Shown here: piece by piece, positions 1-10,072 of the stretch
Position numbering within the stretch: the stretch's first letter is position 1
Layout: each line of letters opens with the position of its first letter
NCBI GenBank assembly: GCA_964291215.2
Contig: OZ219790.1
Span: 2,144,001 to 2,208,000 of the forward strand
Direction of reading: 5' to 3'
Origin: Alphaproteobacteria bacterium
GTDB taxonomy: Bacteria > Pseudomonadota > Alphaproteobacteria > MPNO01 > UBA830
DNA: 64,000 nt
Notes under the pieces: generated by a model
The model's input: only the letters and a program-made list of their open reading frames with translations
What the model was told of the DNA's origin: nothing
The model's database searches: none
Translations under genes and position numbers: made by a program

Positions 1-249
1 CCGACCTTGCGCTTCATCAGCGCGCCGCCTCCGAGATGCGTTTCCACATACAGATCATGCGGAGGCTGGAGCCCCGGAAGCAGCTGGCACAGCCCGCTCG
101 TCGCCTTCGATCCAAAGTAGCCCACTGGCGGTCCTCGTCGTTCTCGATGACCACCACTAAGCGAATCGGCCTGCAATGTCAAATCTCCACGTAAACCCGT
201 TCGTTACTCTACCCCGACATCAAGCCGGAACCAGGGGGTGAGCAGTTAC
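1..249 (-). mobile_element. Left end of IS66-family element (subfamily A) with 5' part of Dam-like methyltransferase passenger; runs off the window
   Basis: Reverse complement begins GTAACTGCTCACCCCCTGGTTCCGGCTTGA at 249 and is nearly identical to 8313-~8560; encodes GYFGSKATSGLCQ..LYVETHLGGGALMKRK. Confidence 0.8.
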
Positions 250-1018
250 GCGCTCGGTTACCTTGGTCATGCGCTTGCCGGCCAGGGGTTCCGTGGCCAT
301 GAAGACGTTGCAGGTACCACAACGTCGATACTCGTAGTCGTTACGCCCGTCCCGGCGCCATGGCGATCGGTTGCCGTGTCTCGCCGGTCGGGGCGTTTCG
401 TCCATGCAGACCACGGGTAAGGCGGCGGGGCGGCGATAGACATCGAGCACCTTCGCTGCGGCGAAGTCGGCGTTCCCTTGAGGAGGAATCACCCACCCGC
501 TGCCATGGCTTGAGGCAGTTTTTTTTAGAACACGCTGCACCGTCTCGTGTGACACGGTATCAATGTAACCAAGCTCGACAACGCGGTCGGCCAGCAGCCG
601 CAACGACCATTGCGCGTGACCCTCAGGCGGTTCACCACAACTCAGGGCCACGCGCCTCGAAGACGCCGTCGGCTTTTCGCATATAGGTAGGACGGCGCCG
701 GCCACCCAATGCCGCCTCCAGCCCCTCTTCAACGAAACGCTTTTTCACCCGGTCTACCTTGCGCATGCTGATGCGCAGAATCCCGGCAATGACCTTCCCG
801 GTCATCTGGCATTCATTGAACGCGCCCTCGTCGCAGTTGAGCAGGGCGTTGATTACCTTTTGCGACAGGTGCAAGCCCTTGGTCGTGATCTCCGAAAGTT
901 CTTACCGTTCCGCCTCGTCCAAGGTCACCACGTAGCGTTTCATACTCCGACCTCCATCCCGAATGGACGGACAGTCTAGCACCAAATGTACGACATATCA
1001 TTGCTGACATAACACTAC
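250..1018 (-). mobile_element. IS630-family element, frameshifted and 3'-truncated by the IS66 insertion at 249
   Basis: WSLRLLADRVVELG..VSHETV, VVCMDETP and DYEYRRCGTCNVF motifs; end TAGTGTTATGTCAG; near-identical to 55366-56458. Confidence 0.85.
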
Positions 1019-1062
1019 TAGAGCTGCGGCCGGCAGCCGTCAACGCCTTTCGGGACAACGTG

Positions 1063-1264
1063 CACGGTGATCCTATGCTGATTCCGAGACGCGAAATCCG
1101 AGTGCGACCGAGTGCGTTGGGGCTCGCGTCGTCACAGATCGCCCCTTGATCGCAATTTTTTGCGCCGAGAAGGTCTCATTGAGCCTTGTCGGCACGATTG
1201 CAGCGCGACGCAGACCGAAAATTCTCGCCGGTCGCCGCTGGATTAGCAGCGTGGGATCGTCGTG
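1063..1264. mobile_element. MITE family 1, complete copy with 10-bp target site duplication
   Basis: Imperfect terminal inverted repeats (CACGGTGATCCTATGCTG / CAGCGTGGGATCGTCGTG); GGACAACGTG at 1053-1062 and 1265-1274; homologous to 31363-31554 and 8219-8312. Confidence 0.9.
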
Positions 1265-1352
1265 GGACAACGTGAGAACAACATACGTTGGGCATCACAT
1301 ATGCCACATTCCACCTTGAACATCGCAACATTTATCCCATATTCCCGATATC

Positions 1353-2363
1353 GTGGAAACCGACCAAGTCGAACCACCGGCCAAACGCCGGATACTCTGC
1401 ATTGATGGTGGCGGGATTCTCGGCACCTTTCCCGCAGTCGTTCTCGCCGGGTTGGAAGACCATGCCGAACACCCTATCGGGGCGTATTTCGACCTGATCG
1501 CCGGCACCTCGACCGGCGGCATCATCGCCCTTGGCGTCGGTCTCGGGCTGCACGCCGCCGATATCCTCGACCTCTACGAGACCAAAGGGCCATCCATCTT
1601 CGGCCAGGACGGCAGCCCGGCCGTCCGCTGGCTCAAGCAGCGCGCCCGCGCCATTGGCCATATCAGCTCATCCAAGTACAACTCCGCGCGCTTGCGCGAA
1701 GCGCTCACCGATGTGCTCGGCGAGCGCCGCATCGGCGAGGCGGGCACAAGGCTGATAATCCCGGCTTGGAATCCCGCTGCCCGCTCGGTCTACATCTACA
1801 AGACCGCGCATCACCCGCGCCTGCAGGTCGATTACAAATCCAAAGCCATCGACGCCGCGCTGGCCACGGCATCGGCACCGACATATTTTCGGGAGCATAT
1901 CACCGTGCATGATGTAGGCCTGATCGACGGCGGCGTCTGGGCCAACAACCCGATCACCATCGCCGCCGTCGAGGCGATCACGCTGCTCGGCTGGGACCCT
2001 GCCAGCCTGCACATTCTGTGCCTAGGCTGCCTAGACGAGGTCTATACCCTGCCTGCCGGCGGCTGGGGATTGCTGAACAAGAAGCTTATCAAGCTGTTCA
2101 TGGACGGCCAGGCGCGCGGCGCCATGGGTATGGCAAAGCTCATAAGCGGCCATGAACACGTGCGCGAAGCGATCCACCGGATCGATCACACGGTCAAATA
2201 CGGCGATTACGCCCTTGACGATACGCGCGCGATTCGCGAGCTCAAGGGACTCGGCTTTGCGCGCGTCCGTGAACGCCTGCCGACAATTCAGCGCGTGTTC
2301 CTGGATGCGCCGGCCGAGCCGTTCGTACCGTGTCATGCGCTTGCGCAGGAGGCCGGCCCATGA
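1353..2363 (+). CDS. CBASS patatin-like phospholipase effector (CapV/CapE-like)
   Basis: DGGGILG, GTSTG (GxSxG) and DGG motifs; stop overlaps the CD-NTase start (ATGA). Confidence 0.88.
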   Translation: METDQVEPPAKRRILCIDGGGILGTFPAVVLAGLEDHAEHPIGAYFDLIAGTSTGGIIALGVGLGLHAADILDLYETKGPSIFGQDGSPAVRWLKQRARAIGHISSSKYNSARLREALTDVLGERRIGEAGTRLIIPAWNPAARSVYIYKTAHHPRLQVDYKSKAIDAALATASAPTYFREHITVHDVGLIDGGVWANNPITIAAVEAITLLGWDPASLHILCLGCLDEVYTLPAGGWGLLNKKLIKLFMDGQARGAMGMAKLISGHEHVREAIHRIDHTVKYGDYALDDTRAIRELKGLGFARVRERLPTIQRVFLDAPAEPFVPCHALAQEAGP

Positions 2364-3772
2364 AACTCGTCAGCCTGTTCAATGAATTCCTGGCCGATAC
2401 GGTCAATCTGAACCAATCGCGCATCGACCTGCTCGAACAGCGCGTTGACACTATCTCCACCTACCTGCGCGGCAGCGACTACCAGCCTCGTATCCGGCGC
2501 TTTACCCCGCAGGGATCATGGGCGCACAAAACCATCATCAAACCGCCGGGCGAAAAGGATTTTGACGCCGATCTCCTGGTCATCATCGATGCCGTGGACG
2601 GCTGGTCGGCCACCCAGTATGTTCAGGAGCTATATACCGCCTTCCGGGCCAGCGACACCTACAAGGACATAGTCTCGCGGCGCACGCGCTGCATGAAGCT
2701 GAACTATGCCGGGGATTTCCATCTTGATGTCGTGCCGGTCATCCAGGAGATCGGGCATAACGGCACGCGGTTTTACACCTGCAACCGGCGCGATGACGTT
2801 TTCGAGGAAACCGCGCCCGAGGAATACACGAGCTGGCTTATCTGCAAGAACCGGATCACCGGCGCAAACCAGCTTCGCGAGGTCACCCGGCTCATCAAGT
2901 TCCTTCGCGATACCAAGCGCACCTTTTCCGCCAAGTCCATCCTTCTCGCCACGATGATCGGCATGCAGATCGAGGAGTTTGACGGGTAGCGCCGCGATGA
3001 GCTGTTCCCCGATCTGCCGACCTCTTTGAAGACGGTCATTGGCCGCCTTGATGATTTCCTCCAGGCCCGCCCCGCTATGCCCGTCATCAAAAACCCGGTC
3101 CTTCCGGGTGAGCACTTCAATCGCCATTGGGACCAAGCCAAGTACGAGAATTTCAGGGACAAGATCCATCGCTACCGGCAATGGACCGACGATGCCTACG
3201 CCGAGCCGGATCAGGATGAGAGCATTGCCAAGTGGCGAAGGGTGTTCGGCGATGGCTTTGCCCAGGGCAAGACGGTCAAGGCCGAATCATGCACGCTGGC
3301 ACCGCTATTCACCTTTGCCGACCGCTGGCTCACCGCGCTCCGGGAGCAGGGGCGGGCTATCTTGCGCACCTTCCCGGTCAATCAGGAACATGTCGCCGCC
3401 CCAATGTGGCCGATGGAAAACCGACTCCCGGTTACCATCAGGGCCGGGCAGACAACGTTCAGGAACGGTGAGATTGAGCGCGAGCCGGATTCGGGCACCT
3501 TTGTTCCCACCAACCGCTGGCTACGGTTCACCGCCCACTGCCCCACGGGCATACCGGCGCAATTCAAGGTCTGGTGGCGCGTGGTCAATACCGGCGGCCA
3601 CGCCGCCCGCCTGGGTCAGTTGCGCGGCGGCTTCTGGCCAAGCAAGCCTGCCAACATCCGATGGGAAAAAACCCAGTTCCGCGGCGTGCACTGGGTTGAG
3701 GCGTTCATCGTCAACAGCCGCACCAATTCCTGCGTTGGCAAGAGCGATCCGTTCTTTGTGGTGATCGACTGA
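2360..3772 (+). pseudogene. CBASS CD-NTase (SMODS nucleotidyltransferase) with C-terminal AGS-C domain, interrupted by one in-frame TAG at 2987-2989
   Basis: QGSWAHKTIIKP..DFDADL..HLDVVP catalytic motifs; ORFs 2330-2989 and 3026-3772 are in the same frame; C-terminal WRVVNTG..LRGGF..E.TQFRGVHWVEAFIV is typical of AGS-C. Confidence 0.85.
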
Positions 3773-3776
3773 ACCG

Positions 3777-4122
3777 TTAGCCGTCAATTTCGCCATCCTC
3801 AAAGAAAAAGGCGATTTCGGTCTGCGCGGTTTGCTCACTATCCGAGCCATGAACCGCGTTCTCCTGGATACTCTGTCCAAAGTCCCTGCGAATGGTGCCG
3901 GGGGAGGCTTTGGCCGGATCGGTCTTGCCCATGAGGGCGCGATATCGCCAAACTGCGTTCTCACCGCTTACAAGCTGCACAACGATGCGGCCGCTGGTCA
4001 TGAATGTACAAAGATCGGCGAAGAACGGCTTTTCCTTGTGGACGGCATAGAAAGCCTCGGCCTAGGGACCGGGTCAGCCGAAGCTGCTTTTGCGCGATAA
4101 TCCGGAGCCCGGCTTGCTCGAT
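3777..4122 (-). pseudogene. ndk: Nucleoside diphosphate kinase, 5'-truncated by IS256 and frameshifted near 4065
   Basis: [34 protein letters not shown] active-site motif. Confidence 0.85.
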
Positions 4123-4850
4123 GATTACGCAACCTGATGTCTGGAAATTGTCGTGAAGCTGATCGAGCTGTTCCCATTTGATCTTGGTTTCAGTTTCCCA
4201 TTTTTCGTCGATGAGGGCCGCGGTTGAGAGGCGCTCCAACGAGGCGAGGTTCGGAAAGACCCTGACTTTGGAGGTGCGCCGCTTGAGCTCTTGCTGGATC
4301 GGTCGCTCGATGCCGTTCGAGGTTCGCATGCGCTTGCGGTGAGCATCGGGCAAGGTGAAGACAGCGAGCCCCGCATTGTTTTCCAGCCAGTCTGCGAAGC
4401 TTGGATGCTTGTCGCGATAGCTGGCCACGAGGGCGCCCAGTTCAGCCTCGGCGGTTTGGAGTGAGGAGGCGTGGCTCTGAGCTGTTTTCCAATACGTTTC
4501 CTGATGTCGTTGTTCGGTGCACGGCGTTTGTGCCAGGTGGAATTGGCAGCGCTGCCATGTCGCCGCGCCCAGCACCGCGCGTCGTGCCGCTTTCAACCCG
4601 GCATCCGAGACGATGAAGGTCGTACCATGCAGGGCTTGCAAGCTTTCCAGGAAGGCTCTCCAATGGACCTCGGCCTCGGAGAGCGCCACAGAGAGCCCCA
4701 GAACGTGCCTACGCTTGTCAGTCCCTATTCCGATGGCCGAGAGCACTGCAACATCGCGCACAACGCCGTCATGTCGGGCTTTTTCATAGCGCGCATCCAG
4801 GATCAGGTATTTCATCAGGGGCCGGTTGCGCGGCGAGTTCTTCTTCGAGC
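4123..4850 (-). mobile_element. IS256-family transposase 3' fragment with terminal repeat
   Basis: YLILDARYEK, WQRCQFHL and MRTSNGIER..QELKRRT..VFPN motifs; end GATTACGCAACCTGATGTCTGGAAATT. Confidence 0.85.
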
Positions 4851-4880
4851 GTAACTGCTCACCCCCTGGTTCCGGCTTGA
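4851..4880 (+). repeat. Isolated 30-bp left end of IS66 subfamily A
   Basis: GTAACTGCTCACCCCCTGGTTCCGGCTTGA, identical to 8313-8342. Confidence 0.8.
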
Positions 4881-5231
4881 GGTACTGTAACTTGATGTCT
4901 GGAAATTTGTCTGAGGTTTGCGCTTTGAGGCGTTTCACTGGGGGGGGGGGGGGGCTAGCCCCCCCCCCCCCAGTGAAACGCGGCGCCATCGTACTATCCC
5001 ATGGAGTTGTAAACATTCATGGAGAAAGCGAATGGACCTGCGACACACTACGACGATCGGGACTGTTTTGGAACATCTGATCGCAAACGGAGCAACGGAT
5101 CTGGGGCGGGTCTTTGGCCAGCTCTTCGAGCTTGCGATGCAAATCGAGCGCGAGCAGTACTTGAAAGCGGGCCACCGGACGCCGGAGCGACAGGGCTATG
5201 CCAACGGCTACAAGCGGATCGACACCCCGTC
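4881..5231 (+). mobile_element. IS256-family 5' fragment, opposite orientation to 4123-4850
   Basis: End GGTACTGTAACTTGATGTCTGGAAATT; encodes MDLRHTTTIG..LFELAMQIEREQYLKAG..RQGYANGYK. Confidence 0.8.
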
Positions 5232-5261
5232 GGGACTGTTAGGTTCCTCGCCAAAATAGAT

Positions 5262-6480
5262 CCCCACTTCCAGTCTGAAGTGCAACACCCGGCCCTCATC
5301 GCAGTGAGGGCGTAGCCCGAACGGAGATGAGGGCCGGGTGTTGCACAAGTTTTCCCCCTTTGCCCCTCTCGATTCCGCCTGAGAACAGCTTCAGTTCCTT
5401 CAATATCGAGCTTATGCAACGCCTTTGTCGGCTTCAAGCCACTATTTCCCCGTCGCGCGGCATGGACCCTGCTGCACGTTGCGGCTTTGGAACATGGCGC
5501 AGATGGTCAGGGCGGTTTCACTTCAAGATTACCTCCGTCGGCGATCCCAGGACTTTCCGAGTGTTGAGCCGATCCTGCACCTTCTGAACATCTTCGTTGC
5601 ATGTCGCGCGAAAGTCCGTGCCCTTCGGGAAGTATTCCCGCACCAGGCCGTTGGTGTGCTCATTCAAGCCGCGCTCCCAAGAGTGGAAAGGCGAAGAAGA
5701 AATCTGCGTCAAGTGCTTCAGCGACACGCCTGTGGTCTGCGAACTCCGTTGTCTGACGTGATTGTGTGGACCAATAGCGCACCAGAGCCGAGCAGGCGGA
5801 TCATGACCGAACCAACCGTGTCTTTCTGTCCACCCAGCAAGGTGTATTTCGTGGCACGAGCGACACGACAGTTCCACTGTGAGCTTTGCCGATGATGGTT
5901 CCCAGTCGCCGACCCGTTCCTTTGCCTCCGCAGGGCGCTCGGAAATGTCCACCCGGCCGGAATGGCATCCGCCCTTCCAGTTCGGCTTCTTGCCGCGCCG
6001 CCGAAGCTTCTTCCACAAGACGCCCCCGGCTCTCCGATCTTCGGCGATCATGGATCCGTTGCCGACCCACGGCCTTCCAGTCGGAAACGGCCGCTGATCT
6101 GCTCGGGGCCCTCCCGCAGCTTTTTCTGAGCTTCAACCCGAGGCGTCAACCGCCAAGAAACAGACGAGGCGGCCCTGCGGCGCGTTTCTGCCATCCTTTG
6201 CGCCTGCTTGTGACGGTAACCCCGTCCCCCGGTGTTGCGCTTGATCTCCCGGAAAATTGTTGATCGGCCCAGCTGCCGAGCAATCGCACCTTGTGAAAGA
6301 CCGCTTTTCTGCCTCAATCTGGCATCGCTCTTCGTAGGTGACGGTAGCCTTTGGACATGAACAAGCTCCCTCCATCTTGTACAGGAACTTTCGCCGCTGC
6401 TGGACAGCTCCGCAACATCATGCGTCTAAAAACACATGGCCACAGCCCATCATGTGTTGCACTTCACTATGGAACGGGGG
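5262..6480 (-). mobile_element. IS30-family element, frameshifted
   Basis: Inverted ends CCCCACTTCCAGTCTGAAGTGCAACAC / GTGTTGCACTTCACTATGGAACGGGGG; IARQLGRSTIFREIKRN, GDWE and WERGLNEHTNGLVREYFPKG motifs; flanking AT dinucleotides. Confidence 0.9.
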
Positions 6481-6837
6481 ATCCAAAGTAGCAGCCGCTT
6501 CTCCAGAGTCAGCGCGCCGACCTGCATGACCACCGGAATTGTCAGCAGGGCGTCGTAGAGAGGGGTGATACCAGCGGCCACAGATAAGAACCGATAGGCC
6601 TCTCCCGGCGGAGGTTACCCCTTACGAAACGAGGCCTTGGCTCAGGGGTCGGGCTGCGAAGGGAGGCTCTACTATCGGTTCCAATCAACGACCGGTGGTA
6701 TGAGTTGTTGATCACCAGCGCTGCAGCGGCCACATCAACAACACGCCGCCGGCGGCTTCGTGCTTCAGCAGCGCCGATAGGCGGGTGAGCGGTTTCGGAA
6801 TTGGCACACCATTTGACCTGAACGAAGTTTCGCCAAG

Positions 6838-7482
6838 CTAAATTCCGTGAAACGGCTGCAACAAACGCGGGATCGGCGCCCGAAACTCAAGCCGCGCATC
6901 GGTTACCGCAAGGCAGATGCAGTCTTCCTCCGGGCCCGCCACGGGACGATGCACGATCGAAGGGTCGGCAATCCCGACATCGCCGCGCCGATACCATGAA
7001 CCCCGGTCGTAGAACGACCCGGCAAGAACCAGTGTCGTCTCGAACCCGCGATGGCCGTGGTCAGGAACGCTCCGGCCGGCCGGTATTGACAAGAGCCGCG
7101 CTGTCATCCTCGTGGCGCCCGCCTTGAGAGGAATTTGGCGGATACCGCCGCCGACTGTGCGCCATCGGAGTCCGACGGCATAGTCGCGCAGCGGCTGCGG
7201 CAGCACGAACGGCTCGGCCCCCGCCAGATGATCGACAGCGCCGAGGTCGTCTTCCCGGTCCAGACCGTCGAATATCGTCCAGAGCATGGCCTCGTCCACT
7301 GCGGCGCTGGCCGGCGCACAGTCGATCATCGCGCCACCGACGGCCTCGACCAGTTTCAGACCAGTTCGGCAGACCTGGCACAGCGCAAGATGGGTTGCGA
7401 CAAGCAGTGACATCGCCTCGTCAAGTGTTCCCGCCCCATAGGCGAGCAGCAAATCGTCGCTGACATGATGCTCGATCGTCAT
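6838..7482 (-). CDS. chrR: ChrR-family anti-sigma-E factor (zinc anti-sigma domain + cupin)
   Basis: HH..LLLAYGAGTL..VATHLALCQVC (HxxxCxxC) and cupin HGHRGFETTLVLAG..H..C; coupled to the ECF sigma gene. Confidence 0.92.
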   Translation of the reverse strand: MTIEHHVSDDLLLAYGAGTLDEAMSLLVATHLALCQVCRTGLKLVEAVGGAMIDCAPASAAVDEAMLWTIFDGLDREDDLGAVDHLAGAEPFVLPQPLRDYAVGLRWRTVGGGIRQIPLKAGATRMTARLLSIPAGRSVPDHGHRGFETTLVLAGSFYDRGSWYRRGDVGIADPSIVHRPVAGPEEDCICLAVTDARLEFRAPIPRLLQPFHGI

Positions 7483-8162
7483 TGCAGTGCCTCCCGATTC
7501 GGGCCGAGTTCGGCGCGCAATTTTCGGAACGCGAGCCGGGCTCGCGACTTCACGGTCCCCGGTGGAATCCCGAGCCTGATCGCGATCGCTTGGTAGCTTT
7601 CACCTTCGTAGAACGACAACCTCAAGACCTCGCGCTGGTCCTCACTCAGGACGGAAAGGGCCGCCTGGACAGCGTCCGCCCGCTCCTGTGCGGCGAGCGC
7701 CTGTTCGCCATCGGGCAAGGAATCGGACCGAAAGGCCGGGTCTTTGGGGTCAAATTCCGGCCGGCGGTCACGACGGAACGCGTCGATCCGCTGGTTGCGG
7801 GCGATGGCGAAGATCCATGCCGCCGCCGTTGCGCGCCGGCTATCATACAGGTGCGCCTTGCGCCAGACTTTGGCGAAGATATCCTGAAGTACATCTTCAA
7901 CCTTGCCCGCGTCGCTGCCGCCACGAACCAGCCAGGCCCCTAGCCTGGGGCCGAAATGACGGAACAGAGCCGCGAAGGCTTCGCGGTCCCTGTGCTCGGC
8001 GACAGCAACCAGCCGGGCCGACATGTCGTCAACCGGGCCATCGGGCAGCTCCGTTCCAGGCGTCGCACACGGCATCGAATGCCCGGCGACCGCCGGAGCC
8101 GTATCCGGGAGCGGTTGGCCGCTTGAAAAATCAACTACCTTTCCGGCGTTTGTCATACTCAC
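7479..8162 (-). CDS. rpoE: ECF sigma factor sigmaE (ECF11 / RpoE-ChrR type)
   Basis: DREAFAALF, WIFAIARNQRID and IAIRLGIPPGTVKSRARLA (regions 2 and 4); adjacent to chrR; start may be ATG 8156. Confidence 0.9.
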   Translation of the reverse strand: MSMTNAGKVVDFSSGQPLPDTAPAVAGHSMPCATPGTELPDGPVDDMSARLVAVAEHRDREAFAALFRHFGPRLGAWLVRGGSDAGKVEDVLQDIFAKVWRKAHLYDSRRATAAAWIFAIARNQRIDAFRRDRRPEFDPKDPAFRSDSLPDGEQALAAQERADAVQAALSVLSEDQREVLRLSFYEGESYQAIAIRLGIPPGTVKSRARLAFRKLRAELGPNREALQ

Positions 8163-8164
8163 CT

Positions 8165-8191
8165 ATACGAACCCAGTATCCCTGCGGATCA
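8165..8191 (-). promoter_or_regulatory. Putative sigmaE autoregulatory promoter of rpoE-chrR
   Basis: Minus strand reads TGATCC-N16-CGTAT just upstream of rpoE; the same motif and spacing occur at 17570-17596. Confidence 0.75.
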
Positions 8192-8218
8192 CCCCTTCCC
8201 GTCCGCCACCGTGATCCA

Positions 8219-8312
8219 CTCGACGATCCCAGACTGATGAGACGCAAAATCCGAATGCGTTGGGGCTCGCATCATCACAGATCGCTTCCTTAATCGCAAT
8301 TTTTGTGCCGAG
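8219..8312. mobile_element. MITE family 1, diverged left half truncated by IS66
   Basis: CTCGACGATCCCAGACTG..GCGTTGGGGCTCGC..CACAGATCGC matches the copies at 1063 and 31363. Confidence 0.8.
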
Positions 8313-9849
8313 GTAACTGCTCACCCCCTGGTTCCGGCTTGATGTCGGGGTAGAGTAACGAACGGGTTTTCGTGGAGATTTGACACTGCATGCCGATTCG
8401 TTTAGTGGTGGTCATCGAGAACGACGGGGACCGCCAGTGGGCTACTTTGGATCGAAGGCGACGAGCGGGCTGTGCCAGCCACTTCCGGGGCTCCAGCCTC
8501 CGCATGATCTGTATGTGGAAACGCATCTCGGAGGCGGCGCGCTGATGAAGCGCAAGGCCGGGCGGCGGAGTACCGAAAAATGCCGCCGGGCGAACGCCAG
8601 GCGATGCTCGCAACGATCATGACCGTCGAGGCCGGGTGATGGCGACGGTCAACGCGGCGTCGCTGCGCGAGGAGTTCGAAGCGGCCAAGACCGCGGCGCT
8701 GCCGGCAAGGTGTCGGAAGAGGCCGTGATCCGCGTCCGCGTCCTCCTGCTCGACATCCTCATCGTCGTCCTTCTGGAGAAGACCACGCACGAGCCGGAAC
8801 TCCGGTCTGCCGCCGTCACAGACGGACAAGAGCGTGCCGGGAGCAACGGCCCGAAGCCGAACCAGCAGATGGGCGACAACCTGCGCAGGACCATCGTCGA
8901 GGAGACGGTCGCGGCCTGCGGCGCCGACGGCGTCGACGGCCCCGTCGATCGGGAGCGCCGCACGACATCGTGTTCGAGGTCGCGCCGCGTCGACGCCGAG
9001 GAATGCCCGAAGTGCAAGGCCCGGTTCCCCGACAACATCCCGTGCAGTACGGCATCCAGGCCCTCGTCATCAACCTGCTGGTCGCCCAGATGCTGTCCCT
9101 GCGCCGTCGCGCTCGTGCAGGCGATCTCCGGCATCAAGCTCTCCGAGGCCTCGGCCATGCTTTCACGATGCGTCATGGGAGGAGGCCACCGTGGCGCACC
9201 TCCTGCAACGCCCGATGTCGACGATTTCGGATCAACGGCAAGCGGCTCCATGTCGTCGGGACGTGCAAGTTCCCGCACCGCAAGCAAGAGATCGGCATCA
9301 TCCCGTGCTACAAGGGCGTCCTGGGCCTCGTACATGGCAGTGTAGCCACCAGCGGCAGCCACCTGCTGCGCGAACTGACCTTTGTCGTCGAGGCTACCGC
9401 GCGACTTATGAAGAGCCTGCTCCCTGCCACAAGGTCAACAAGAGCGCATCCGAGACCCTGAACGACGCCGGACCGTGCGCAAGCGCTACCGCACCATCAG
9501 GGCGCCAGGGAACTGCCCGATATCCCGACGAAAGGAAAACGCATCGCAAACGCGCACAACCTGCACGAACGTCTCGTGAAACACGAAAACCTGCGCTTCA
9601 CAGACGACCCCAACGCCAGCTTCACCAACAATGCCGGAGAACAGAAGATCAGGATGGCAAAGGTCAAGGTGTCCGGATGCTTCCGCTCCACGCAAAAGCA
9701 TGGTGCCGAGGCTCAAGCTACCTCACCTCCATGGCCGCACTCGGCTACAACCCACTCGTCGCCATCCAGATCGCCCTCGACGGAAAAGCCGCAGACATCA
9801 TCAACGAGCACTATGGCCAATCAGAACCCAACAAGGGGTGAGTAGATAA
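8313..9849 (+). mobile_element. IS66-family element (subfamily A): internally deleted Dam-like methyltransferase (~8436-8639) followed by frameshifted transposase
   Basis: Ends GTAACTGCTCACCCC / GGGGTGAGTAGATAA; MTase N-terminus (GYFGSKATSG) joined to its C-terminus (MPPGERQAMLATIMTVEAG*); transposase motifs VQYG, SHLLREL, LRFTDDP..FTNNAGEQKIRMAKVKVSGCFR. Confidence 0.82.
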
Positions 9850-10001
9850 GGCTATCAGCCAAAATCCTCCTTGGGGGAGGATCGGGCGCTTGCCGTGGCT
9901 GCCGGCATGGAACAGCCTTTTGGCTTGGGACGCCTTCATGGTCTGCCATGGAGCCCCATCCCCTGCGGCCGGACAGGCACCATGAGCGCAAGCTTCTCGG
10001 A

Positions 10002-10072
10002 CTTGCTTGACGGCCGGGGGGGGGGGGTAGACTTCGCGTCCGTGATAGAATCGGGAGGAATTTGCAACGGCC
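10002..10072 (+). promoter_or_regulatory. sigma70-like promoter with poly-G spacer, RBS and a start codon mutated to ACG
   Basis: CTTGC-TTGACG-GCC-G12-TAGACT..GGGAGGAATTTGCA-ACG; homologous to 12186-12260 on the minus strand. Confidence 0.6.

Noticed and set aside
2987-2989. Genome-wide TAG recoding to explain the CD-NTase stop
   Set aside because: TAG ends several clearly complete genes here (33979, 41914, 42826, 48382).
3961-5016. 351-aa ORF as one protein
   Set aside because: A chimera of an IS256 leader, an IS66 end, an IS256 3' fragment and ndk sequence.
6481-6837. Unassigned DNA between IS30 and chrR, and similar stretches at 27832-28032 and 56460-56920
   Set aside because: No convincing ORF, RNA motif or repeat recognised; probably gene fragments.
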